The notes below the pieces were generated by a model, which searched no databases, was not told the origin of the DNA, and was given only the letters and a program-made list of their open reading frames with translations. The position numbers and the translations under genes are program-made. DNA of 64,000 nt, from assembly GCA_003151795.1 (NCBI GenBank), contig PLYL01000008.1, forward strand, positions 3,103-67,102. Reading direction: 5' to 3'. Positions 9,821-19,500 of this stretch are shown piece by piece; within the stretch, counting starts at the first letter, position 1; every line of letters begins with the position of its first letter. This DNA is from Candidatus Yanofskybacteria bacterium. GTDB lineage: Bacteria; Patescibacteriota; Minisyncoccia; 2-02-FULL-40-12; GWA2-44-9.

Positions 9821-10278
9821 AGGTTGAAAAAATACTTCAGAACAAAAATATAGGATATAAGTTAATAAAATTAAGCGAAGCTGCTTTTAGCGTGAGCGAT
9901 GTCATTAATAATTCAGGTGGTACCATCAACCCGAATGAGATTTGTAAAACAATAATCCTCAGGGGTAAAAAGTCTGGCAAAAAGTTTGCCGTCTTGTTGC
10001 GCGGTATCGATAGGCTGGATTTTTCTAAAGCTAAGAAGATTTTTGGGGAAGAAATGGCCATTGCCACAGCCGAAGAGGTTTTAGAAGCTAGCGGTGTTGA
10101 GCCTGGTGCGGTCTGCCCTTTTTTATTGAATGTGGCGCTGTTTATAGATAATAAAGTCCTGGACTTGGAAACGGTTAACTGTGGCTCCGGCGACCATTTA
10201 TACGGCATAGAATTTAAGTTGAAAGACCTTTTAAACAATTTAGATCATCAGACAATTGATATTTCTAAAACTCTCTAA
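9811..10278 (+). CDS. YbaK/EbsC family aminoacyl-tRNA deacylase-like protein
   Basis: CKTIIL, GVEPGAVCPF, CGSG. Confidence 0.85.
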   Translation: MEIKVEKILQNKNIGYKLIKLSEAAFSVSDVINNSGGTINPNEICKTIILRGKKSGKKFAVLLRGIDRLDFSKAKKIFGEEMAIATAEEVLEASGVEPGAVCPFLLNVALFIDNKVLDLETVNCGSGDHLYGIEFKLKDLLNNLDHQTIDISKTL

Positions 10279-10290
10279 ATTTCTCAGGAT

Positions 10291-10319
10291 TTGCTATAAA
10301 AGTAGCCATGTGGTAGAAT
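10291..10319 (+). promoter_or_regulatory. sigma70-type promoter
   Basis: TTGCTA-17 nt-TAGAAT with extended TG. Confidence 0.65.
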
Positions 10320-10326
10320 TAGACCA

Positions 10327-10471
10327 ATGTCAGCTAAATTCATAACAACTGCATATTGGCTCAGCTTGCACTTTACCCCTGCCAATCGGGAGTTGTTTAG
10401 AATTTCTTCGTAAAATATCGTTAGTCCAAGGATATTCTCAACAACCCCTGATTCCCGGGGGTTGTTTGTTT
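10327..10471 (+). promoter_or_regulatory. Leader peptide (10327..10413, 28 aa) plus terminator/antiterminator (attenuator-like)
   Basis: MSAKFITTAYWLSLHFTPANRELFRISS; hairpin 10440-10466 followed by tgttt; 10384-10397 can pair with its 5' arm. Confidence 0.55.
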
Positions 10472-10483
10472 GAGAGGTGAAGA

Positions 10484-11386
10484 GTGCTTACAACAGAGAT
10501 GATTGGCTCGTCGCACGAAACCGCCATGAATTCCGGGGTTGTCGAACTCCCTGGTCGTATCGTTCAGAGTGGACCCGTGTTCTATGGCACATCGGATCCA
10601 GTTCCAAATGTTTCGGAACTAATCTTGACGGCTATCGTGGCAATTCTGTGCCAACAGCCAGCTAAGTTTTCGGTCTATCGAGGTGGTCGAACTGAATACG
10701 CGAAGGCCTCGGAGCGCTATTCCAGGAATTTGGTTGATGCGGGGATTGTGCCATCGGTGGATGAAGCCATTCGTATCGTGGGAGAGTGGTTCGGCCTGCG
10801 GATCAATGTCGTTTCCTTCGAGACGATCATGGAGGCCGGCGGTATATGGAATATGCCGTTGATTGAAATCGCACAGGCCATTCGAACTTTGCGGCCAAAG
10901 CCACTACGTTTTTGCTACATGCCCGAGATTTATGTACCAGACAGCCCAGCCAAAACGATCTACACCAACGATAAATGGTTGGAGAAGAATTCTCTAAAGA
11001 CAGTGGCCGATCTTCACGAAACGGGCGGCTGGTTATCGGGCGCTTCGATCCACTACTCGCTCCGGCGGTTCTCGGAGAAGTTTGCGGATCATATCCACGT
11101 CGTTCCATTCGGGACCAAAGGTGACGTTTATCGGATGTATGACGGAAGCGGTTCAAGGTTTGTTCTAGCTCCGGCTCTTCACATCCGTCCAGCAGGAGCG
11201 GAGCCAGAGTGGTTACCACTGGAATTGAGAACCTTCGCGGCTATCATTCAGCTCTGGCCAGAAGCTGAGCGAGTTCAGCTCCGAGATCGGCTTGTCTCGG
11301 AAGTCTCCAAGGGTTTTGAAGGAACGACCCAGAAAATTAGCTTGGAGTTTCGATCGGTTCAGGACTATCGAGTTACGATTGCCTAA
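10484..11386 (+). CDS. Hypothetical protein, possibly ATP-grasp-like ligase
   Basis: SD GAGGTG; NDK, RFVL, LELRTF, VSKG segments in ATP-grasp-like order (weak). Confidence 0.6.
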   Translation: MLTTEMIGSSHETAMNSGVVELPGRIVQSGPVFYGTSDPVPNVSELILTAIVAILCQQPAKFSVYRGGRTEYAKASERYSRNLVDAGIVPSVDEAIRIVGEWFGLRINVVSFETIMEAGGIWNMPLIEIAQAIRTLRPKPLRFCYMPEIYVPDSPAKTIYTNDKWLEKNSLKTVADLHETGGWLSGASIHYSLRRFSEKFADHIHVVPFGTKGDVYRMYDGSGSRFVLAPALHIRPAGAEPEWLPLELRTFAAIIQLWPEAERVQLRDRLVSEVSKGFEGTTQKISLEFRSVQDYRVTIA

Positions 11387-11434
11387 CGATTGTGGGCCGA
11401 CCCGTTCGGCCGGCCCACAATCAACTTATTAATT

Positions 11435-12154
11435 ATGAAAAAATCAAAAACAATTAAAGATAAACGAGCATTAATATTTACTGCCCACCCCGATGATCAC
11501 TTACTGTGTGCTGGAACATTAATGTTGCTCAAAGAAAAAGGTTTCAAAATAACCGAAGTTGTATTTACTGGTGGAGAACAGAGCGTATGGTTTGGTTCTG
11601 ATAATTCTGTAATTGATAAAGAGGCTCTAAAAAGTGAGCGAAAGAAAGAGATATCTAAAGCATCTCGTATTATTGGTATTGATGAGACAATATTTCTCGG
11701 AGAACCAGACAGTGAAGTCACAAGGAGTTTAAATCTTATTCACCGGATCATGGCTATTGTCCGAGAGGTAAGGCCGTCAATAATTTTCACTCTCCACTAC
11801 AATGATTATCACCCTGATCACCGAGCTGTGGCGACTATCGTGACCGAAGCGGTAGATAGAGCTTCGTGGTCAGTAGCTCCACATCTGGGAGAATCACACA
11901 GAGCGGATATGCTCCTGTACACTGATGGTGAATACCTATGTCGGGCAGATTTTCTTGTGGACATTTCTAAATTTGAACCAAAGATAGAGAAAGCGATGGA
12001 TGCTTATGGTTCACAGATGAGAGAGAAGCACAGACGATTGAGTCGTTCCATTAGGGCATACCGAGGATTCTTCAAGCGGTCTAATGTCGCTGAAGCATTT
12101 GAAATCGGCGAAAGATATCCGATTGATTTAGAATTATTTTCTCTATTGTCATGA
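11435..12154 (+). CDS. PIG-L/LmbE family N-acetylglucosaminyl deacetylase (BshB/MshB-like)
   Basis: AHPDD, TGGE, HPDH, YGSQ, AEAF. Confidence 0.9.
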   Translation: MKKSKTIKDKRALIFTAHPDDHLLCAGTLMLLKEKGFKITEVVFTGGEQSVWFGSDNSVIDKEALKSERKKEISKASRIIGIDETIFLGEPDSEVTRSLNLIHRIMAIVREVRPSIIFTLHYNDYHPDHRAVATIVTEAVDRASWSVAPHLGESHRADMLLYTDGEYLCRADFLVDISKFEPKIEKAMDAYGSQMREKHRRLSRSIRAYRGFFKRSNVAEAFEIGERYPIDLELFSLLS

Positions 12155-13173
12155 AAAAGTTAAATCAAAAAATTCTGTTGGTCCACGACTACCCCGCACT
12201 ACATGGTGGAGGCGTTGTTCAGTTAAATTTAGATTTGGCAAAATCTCTAATCCAAAAAGGTTCACAGGTCACGATTGCCGTTCCAGAATATAACCCCGAT
12301 CTAAAGAAGTTGATAACAGAGAGCGACCAAATTTTGGTCAGCTTATCTAGTAAATTCAGAGAGATGGGTAAGAAATCGATTAGAATTGCTAGGGCTTGTG
12401 GTAAGCCTTACAAGGTTTGGTTACACACAAAATTGCCAGAAAATTATTGCGATTCTGAACAAGGAAAAGAAATGCAAAAAGTTTTATCTGATAAATTTTG
12501 CCTATCTTTTATTTGCGTTTCTCAAAGTGTCGCCGATGATATGGTCGCTAACTTTGGTTTTTCTTTGAAGGTAGCAGTTGTCTATCCGGGTGTATACATG
12601 GCTCAAAGATTTGAAGCTGACTCGCTGAACCTTGTGCTTAAAAGCGACGTTCTGTTCGCTGGAAGACTGTCTACTGAAAAAGGTGGCGATATATTTATCA
12701 GGGCTTTCAGTAAGCTTTTAAAGAATTCGCCAAATCTTAAAGGCGTGATTATTGGTGACGGGGAAGAAAAAAACTCGCTGGTTGAGTTGGCTTTTAATCT
12801 TGGAATTAAAAAGTCTATAACTTTTTTACCTGCGTGTAGCAGAGAAGAACTTTTCAAATACATCCGAAATACTCGTCTATTTTGTGTTTCATCTCGCACA
12901 GAATCTTTTTGTATAACATTAGCCGAAGCTCTTGCCTTAGGAGCTACAGTAGTCGCGCCAAACAGGGGTGGTCCGATTGAAGTATTGGATTCGGGAAGAT
13001 TTGGCTACTTGTTTAAACCAGAGGATCCTAATGATCTTGCTAGGATTCTTAAAGTGGCTCTATCTGAAAATCTATCAAGTAAGTTACTCCAAAAACTTTA
13101 TGTCATGAGACGATTTAATGCTAGTGTTCAGTTTATTCAGATGGCTAAGCTCGTAATATCGCCGAATTGGTAA
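12151..13173 (+). CDS. GT4 family glycosyltransferase
   Basis: GRLSTEKG, ESFCITLAEALALG. Confidence 0.9.
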   Translation: MKKLNQKILLVHDYPALHGGGVVQLNLDLAKSLIQKGSQVTIAVPEYNPDLKKLITESDQILVSLSSKFREMGKKSIRIARACGKPYKVWLHTKLPENYCDSEQGKEMQKVLSDKFCLSFICVSQSVADDMVANFGFSLKVAVVYPGVYMAQRFEADSLNLVLKSDVLFAGRLSTEKGGDIFIRAFSKLLKNSPNLKGVIIGDGEEKNSLVELAFNLGIKKSITFLPACSREELFKYIRNTRLFCVSSRTESFCITLAEALALGATVVAPNRGGPIEVLDSGRFGYLFKPEDPNDLARILKVALSENLSSKLLQKLYVMRRFNASVQFIQMAKLVISPNW

Positions 13174-13270
13174 CCCGACCTTACCCCTGCCCTAAAAGCT
13201 ATGAAATTCTCTAGAACGTATGGAATTATAGTCCAAAAACATCTATACTATTGTTAACAATATACACCAT

Positions 13271-14401
13271 ATGAATATTACAGTTCCAGAAGATAATAAC
13301 CTGTTAGATAAAGTTGAGGCAAGGCAAGATGCTGAGGGTTTGCGAATCAAGCGATTCTTGGCGATGCCGGATCTATCGCGTACTGAAGGCAGTCCGATCA
13401 AGGAGGTTGTTGAACGGATTCTCGCGCTCCCTGATTTTGCGGGCTTGGATGTTATTGAAGTTCCGGAAATAGTGCCGACTGATATTCATTTTGATCTATT
13501 TGATTTTCCCGCCGATCATCCGGCGCGATCTAAATCCGACACGTATTACGTAGACGATAACCATATTCTTCGCACCCACACGACGGTGATGTGGTACTAC
13601 TATCTGCAGGATCCTGATGTTAAACGCCGTATGGCTGAGGGTGAGCCCGTAGGTTGTTTCTGTTTTGGCAAGGTCTATCGCAAAGATGAGATTGATCGGA
13701 ATCACATGAATGTCTTTCACCAGATTGACGGTTGGTATCTCGCCCCAAAAGATAAAAAGATAATTGGTGCGAAAGAATTAGAAGAGGCTCTCCGAGGAAT
13801 TGGTCGGGCGGTATTTGGTCCAGACACCCCGCTCAATATAATTCCGGATACTTTTCCATTTACTGATCCATCCCGTCAAATGGAAGTAGAAAAGAAGGGT
13901 GTCTGGCTCGAAGTCTTGGGGAGCGGTGTCGTGAAGGGGAGCGTGCTCGAAAAATTTGGCGTGGATTCTTCTAAATGGAACGGTTGGGCGTTTGGGCCGG
14001 GTATTGAACGTCTGGCGATGGTTTCCATGGAATTGCCCGATATTCGTTTGCTCTGGTCACAGGATGAGCGGGTGAAGAAACAGCTCAAGCTCGGCCAGAA
14101 ATTCAAAGAAGTTTCCAAGTACCCACCAATCGTTCGCGATATTTCGTTCATCGTCCACAAGGATTTCATCCCCAACAATTATTTCGATTTAATTCGCGAT
14201 ATCGGCGGAGATTTGGTGGAAGAAGTTCATCTTCTCGATAAATACGAAAACGCCGAAAAATTCGGGCCCGATAAAATCAGCTATACTTACCGTATCACTT
14301 ATCGCTCTATCGACCGCACTCTCACGACCGAAGAAATTGAGCCGCTTCAAGAAAGAGTAATCTCGGAAACCAAGAAACAGTTCCAAGCGGAAATCCGGTA
14401 G
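13271..14401 (+). CDS. pheS: Phenylalanine--tRNA ligase: catalytic domain fused to C-terminal FDX-ACB domain
   Basis: HPARSKSDTYY, LRTHT, VYRKDEIDRNH..VFHQ, FPFTDPS, GWAFGPGIERLAM; SKYPPIVRDISF...YRSIDRTLT. Confidence 0.92.
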   Translation: MNITVPEDNNLLDKVEARQDAEGLRIKRFLAMPDLSRTEGSPIKEVVERILALPDFAGLDVIEVPEIVPTDIHFDLFDFPADHPARSKSDTYYVDDNHILRTHTTVMWYYYLQDPDVKRRMAEGEPVGCFCFGKVYRKDEIDRNHMNVFHQIDGWYLAPKDKKIIGAKELEEALRGIGRAVFGPDTPLNIIPDTFPFTDPSRQMEVEKKGVWLEVLGSGVVKGSVLEKFGVDSSKWNGWAFGPGIERLAMVSMELPDIRLLWSQDERVKKQLKLGQKFKEVSKYPPIVRDISFIVHKDFIPNNYFDLIRDIGGDLVEEVHLLDKYENAEKFGPDKISYTYRITYRSIDRTLTTEEIEPLQERVISETKKQFQAEIR

Positions 14402-14403
14402 TT

Positions 14404-15321
14404 ATGTATAAATATCATTTGCCAAAACCAATTATCATAAAGCTCAATGATGAGTCAGGTTTTCGGTTAAGACAAAAAGCGGCAGAACATATTTCCATAA
14501 ATCAAAATAAAACCGGCGCCGAGCGGGGAAGTTCCGAGGAGCAAGGCTTTGGGGCGCTCGCGGAGATGGTTATACGAAATAAATTGGGTATGCCGGAAAT
14601 AAATCCCAAAGACCATCCTTTAGGATATGACCTCCTACTCCCTTCTGGAATAAAAGTTGATGTTAAATGTCGCGGCGGAACATTACCGTTTAAGGAAGAA
14701 TACGAAAGTAGTGACGGTATCGCAAGGGAAGCAAAGCATAATTTCTTCGCGCGCCAAATGCATGACGAAAGACTGGACGCCGATATTTATGTTATGACCC
14801 ATCTTGAAACTCCCAGCAAAAGAGAACTCCCGGGTACGACCAGACAAAGAAAATGGATATTGTACGTTTGCGGATGGGTATCAAAAGAGCGGGTTGCGAA
14901 TGAAGGCGTTTATCTGCCGCGAGGCTCTCTCACTGAACAAGGAAGAACATGGTTTCCGTATCGCGGGCAAGAGATAGAATATTATAATCGTAATCTGAAC
15001 GGATTAGAGAAGATGGAAGATTTATTGAGCATTGAATTGCCAGACGTTGAGAAAGACAGAAATCATAAGGGTGATTTAAACTTAACTTCCGCCGACGCAA
15101 TAAGGATAGCCTATGATCTTATTGGCCGTGGAGTGTTAAACGAAAAACACCTTGCTTTTATTCAGAAGGAAGCGGGTATATCAAAAATCGTGAAACCGAT
15201 TCTGAACCCGAATCAATATTTTCACTTGCTGTACTGGCTTAAAGAAAAAGGCGCTCTGACTGAAGTAGAAATAAAAAAAGCGAAAGAGATCCTTAAAGAA
15301 GAACCTTTTGATGGAATTTAA
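14404..15321 (+). CDS. Putative PD-(D/E)xK restriction endonuclease
   Basis: GALAE...GYD...VDVK motif; convergent with MTase. Confidence 0.6.
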   Translation: MYKYHLPKPIIIKLNDESGFRLRQKAAEHISINQNKTGAERGSSEEQGFGALAEMVIRNKLGMPEINPKDHPLGYDLLLPSGIKVDVKCRGGTLPFKEEYESSDGIAREAKHNFFARQMHDERLDADIYVMTHLETPSKRELPGTTRQRKWILYVCGWVSKERVANEGVYLPRGSLTEQGRTWFPYRGQEIEYYNRNLNGLEKMEDLLSIELPDVEKDRNHKGDLNLTSADAIRIAYDLIGRGVLNEKHLAFIQKEAGISKIVKPILNPNQYFHLLYWLKEKGALTEVEIKKAKEILKEEPFDGI

Positions 15322-16406
15322 AATAGCCTACTTGTATTGGCTCTGTATTGAGCCGCCGCCTCTTTCGTTCTTTTTCTAGAAATCTCCACATAGTCAACCT
15401 TATGCTTTTTAAAGAGATAGACTTCTTCATTTTTCTCAATCCCAATAAATTTTCTTCCTTCCAAAACTGCCGAGACAAGAAAGCTTCCGCTCCCACAAGT
15501 ATTATCTAATACAATATCACCCTCTTTAGTAAAGGTGCGAACAAGATAACGGCCAAGCTCTATAGGTTTTTGTGTAGGATGAAAAACTTCACCTTCGCTC
15601 TCGGCGGTTTTAAAATAAACTACATCGGTCGGATACCTCTCACCGTTACTTTTTACCTCTACTGTTTTGAAGTCGCCGTAGCTTCCTGTTAGCTGATCTT
15701 TTCTGAATCCTTTATTGTACGGTTCGCCGTATGTCATTTGAGGATTGTAGATTGGCTGATTTTTGTAAAAGATACAAATGTCTTCGTGTTTTCGCAGCGG
15801 CTGTTTTTTTGCGTTCAAAAAATTTGTGGGCTTTGATTTAATCCAGGTAATTTTGTACTTGAAAAGTTTTGGTTTAGAGAGCATTAAGTTAGCCGTAAAA
15901 AGTCCTTGGCCCGTGAGAGCGATTGCCCCGTTATCTTTAATAATCCGCTCGTAGTGTGTCCATAGCTGATCCAGCGGGATCACGCTATCCCAATGATTTT
16001 GAGTAGTGCCGTAGGGTAAATCGCACAAAATCATGTCCACAGATTTTGAGGGTATATCCACCATTATTTCCAAACAGTCGCCTTTGATTACCTTGTTTTC
16101 AAAATCAGTGATTATTTTTTTGCTTTTCTCTACTTTTGCTCCTATTTCTTCCGCTCCCATATTTTTTCGTAGGTACCATAAGCAATAGGTATTTACTGGC
16201 AGGCCCTCTTGATTGGCGCGTTGTTCAAGTTCCAGATAAGAATCTGTTCCAAGTAGGCCACGTAATTCACTACTCCCAAAATTAGCAATATTTTTGTATA
16301 GATCTTTATTCCTTTCTCCAAAGGCTAAGATAAATCCCTTTGCTTTCGGGTTAACATCTTTGTAGTCGGGGAAATAGACTGCTTTGAAAGTTTGGTGACT
16401 CGGCAT
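15318..16406 (-). CDS. Site-specific DNA methyltransferase (N4/N6, beta-type order) with N-terminal extension
   Basis: CDLPY, HPTQKP, VLDNTCGSGS; start 16406 or 16433. Confidence 0.9.
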   Translation of the reverse strand: MPSHQTFKAVYFPDYKDVNPKAKGFILAFGERNKDLYKNIANFGSSELRGLLGTDSYLELEQRANQEGLPVNTYCLWYLRKNMGAEEIGAKVEKSKKIITDFENKVIKGDCLEIMVDIPSKSVDMILCDLPYGTTQNHWDSVIPLDQLWTHYERIIKDNGAIALTGQGLFTANLMLSKPKLFKYKITWIKSKPTNFLNAKKQPLRKHEDICIFYKNQPIYNPQMTYGEPYNKGFRKDQLTGSYGDFKTVEVKSNGERYPTDVVYFKTAESEGEVFHPTQKPIELGRYLVRTFTKEGDIVLDNTCGSGSFLVSAVLEGRKFIGIEKNEEVYLFKKHKVDYVEISRKRTKEAAAQYRANTSRLF

Positions 16407-16448
16407 AGATATATTATAGTATGATACCCCCATTATTTATATATGGTT

Positions 16449-16457
16449 TTATCCACA
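16449..16457 (+). promoter_or_regulatory. Consensus DnaA box upstream of gyrB
   Basis: TTATCCACA. Confidence 0.5.
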
Positions 16458-16531
16458 ATCCTAGACAAAACTATCCAGTCCGAACCCTTGTTTGGCGGGT
16501 AGTAAAATGCTACAATTATACAGTATAAAAC

Positions 16532-19500
16532 ATGGCTGATAAAGAGCTCAAAAAATCCGAATATACCGCCAAAGATATCCAAGTTCTTGAGGGGCTGGAA
16601 CCGGTCCGGAAACGGCCGGGGATGTATATCGGCTCGACGGGCGTCGACGGCTTGCATCACCTCATCTGGGAAGTGTTCGACAACTCGATTGACGAAGCCA
16701 TGGCCGGCCACGCCCATCATATCGAGGTTGGGCTTTTGGCCGACAACAAAGTTCGCGTCGCTGACGATGGCCGCGGCATCCCGACCGATATCCATCCTAA
16801 GACCAAAAAATCCGCCCTCGAAACCGCGGCCACGGTCTTGCATGCCGGCGGTAAATTCGAACAAGGCGCGTATAAAGTTTCCGGCGGTTTACACGGCGTC
16901 GGTTTGTCTGTTGTAAACGCGCTCTCGACCTGGATGAAAGCCGAAGTCTATCGCAAGCCGGATATCTTCGCTCAAGAATACAAAATCGGCAAACCGCAGG
17001 GGCCGGTCAAAAAAGTCGGGACCACCAAAAAGACAGGGACGACGATTACTTTCCAGCCCGACCCGACTATTTTCCCCGATACAACCTTCGACCTGCCGTA
17101 TATTCTTAATCACATTCGCCAGCAGGCCTACTTGACCAAGGGCGTTAAGATTACCGTGACTGATGCCCGTAATCCGATTATTGTCGCCGGCAAAGATGGC
17201 AACCTGCCTGCCGGCAGGCAGGGAAAACAGGAAGCGCCGTTCGATTACACGTTTTATTTCGAAGGCGGGATTATGTCGTACGTTGATTTTTTGAATCACG
17301 GCGAAGAGGTCAAAAACAAAAACATTTTTTATGTCGGTAAGGAACAGCAGGACATGTTCGTCGAAGTTTCTCTGCAGTATATCGAAGAGCTCACGAGCCG
17401 AGAATTATCTTTTGCCAACAACATCCATACGATTGAGGGCGGGACGCATCTGACTGGTTTTCGTACCGCGCTGACCAGAATTTTGAATGACTACGCGCGC
17501 AAGAACGGATTTTTGAAAGAAAAAGACGATAACTTGTCAGGCGAAGACGTCCGGGAAGGCTTGACGGTGGTGATTTCAATCAAACTTCGCGAACCTCAAT
17601 TCGAAGGCCAGACCAAAGCCAAGCTCGGTACAACCGAAGCCCGCAATGCCGTCGAGACCGTGATGACCGTTGAGTTCACGGACTGGCTGGAGCGTAATCC
17701 GAACGATGCTCGGGCGATTCTCGAAAAAGTTATCCTGGCCTCGAAAGCCCGTCTCGCGGCCAAAGCGGCTCGCGATACGGTGCTGCGCAAGGGCGCCCTG
17801 GAAGGCATGACCTTGCCGGGCAAGCTCGCCGATTGTTCCAGCCGGGATGCTTCGGAATCCGAATTGTTTATCGTCGAGGGCGACTCGGCCGGCGGATGTT
17901 TTTCGGGCGATACAAAAGTCGCTTTGCTTGATGGCAGGAACCTTTCGTTTAAGGAATTAGTAGAGGAGGACATGACTGGTAAGAAAAACTACTGCTACAC
18001 CATCAAAAATGACGGCAATGTCAGCGTGGCCCAAATTTTACATCCGCGAATTACTAAAAAGAACGCAGAAATAATAAGGGTTACTTTAGATAATAAAGAG
18101 GAAATTAGATGTACCCCAGATCATAAATTTATGTTGCGAGACGGGACTTATAAGGAAGCTCAATACCTAACAAAAAAGGATTCGTTGATGCCATTGTATA
18201 GAAGGTTGTCTAAAATCGCCGGTCGGATAACCATCAAAGGTTATGAGATGGTATATAATCCCGCCGAACATTATTGGCGGTTCACTCATGTTTTGGCGGA
18301 TCAATACAATCTTGCTCGAGATGTCTATACTCCTGAAGGTGGGGAAGCTCGGCATCACAAAGATTTTAATAAGCTGAACAACAACCCCGACAACTTGGTT
18401 CGTATGGGGAAACAAGAACATTTAATGTTTCATACGCAATGGCTTGAAAAGACAGCCCGAACACCGGAAGTATTAGAAAAACTGCGTAAGATTAGACAAA
18501 GTCCTGAATATCGCGCCAAAATAAGCCAGACCATGAAAATGCCAGCCATGCGGGCAATGCTTAGTGAACGCGCGAAGAAACAATGGGAAAATAAAGAATA
18601 TAAGGAATTTATGAATTCCAAGTTTTTAGAATTCTATAATTCCAATGAAGAATATCGAAAAACTAATAATAAACTTCTTAATAAAGCCCAAAAAACTTAT
18701 TGGGCCAGTAAAGACAATCGTCATGAACAGGCCAAGCGAGTTGCAGATTTCTTTGATAAAAATCCGGAATACCGAGCCTTGCTTTCTCAACAGGCGAAAC
18801 GGCAGTGGGACAATAAAGAGCTGGTGGCTTGGCGAAGTTTGGAGACTAAAAAACAGTGGACCCCCGAGTTCAGAGCCAAGAGAAAAGAGGCTTATAGCAA
18901 AACATACTTTACCCATACGATTAAATTTATGAAGGGTATTTTTGATCGGGATCATTTTCTTGATCAGTATGATGTCTTGAGAATTCAAAATAAAAGTCGA
19001 AATTTGTTACGAAGTGAAACATTCTGCCACAGGTTCTTTGACGACAATCCAACCGCCATGCTAGATGCGGTAAAAAACTATAACCATAAAATTAGGAAGG
19101 TAGAGAAATTAATTGAATGGACTGATGTCTATGATTTAGAAGTCTCTGGGACTCACAATTTTGCTTTGGCAAGTGGTGTCTTTGTTCACAATAGTTCCAA
19201 GCAAGCCCGTAATCGCCATACCCAAGCCATCTTGCCGTTGCGCGGGAAGATTTTGAATGTCGAAAAAGCCCGTCTCGACAAAATGCTCGCCTCGCAAGAA
19301 ATCCGCAATTTGATTATCGCTATGGGTACGGCCATCGCCGAGGAGTTTGATTTATCCAAATTGCGCTACCACAAGATTGTCATCATGACCGACGCCGACG
19401 TTGACGGCGCCCATATCCGGACATTGTTGCTCACGCTTTTCTATCGATATTTCCCGCAAGTTATCGCGGGCGGCCATTTGTATATCGCACAACCGCCGTT

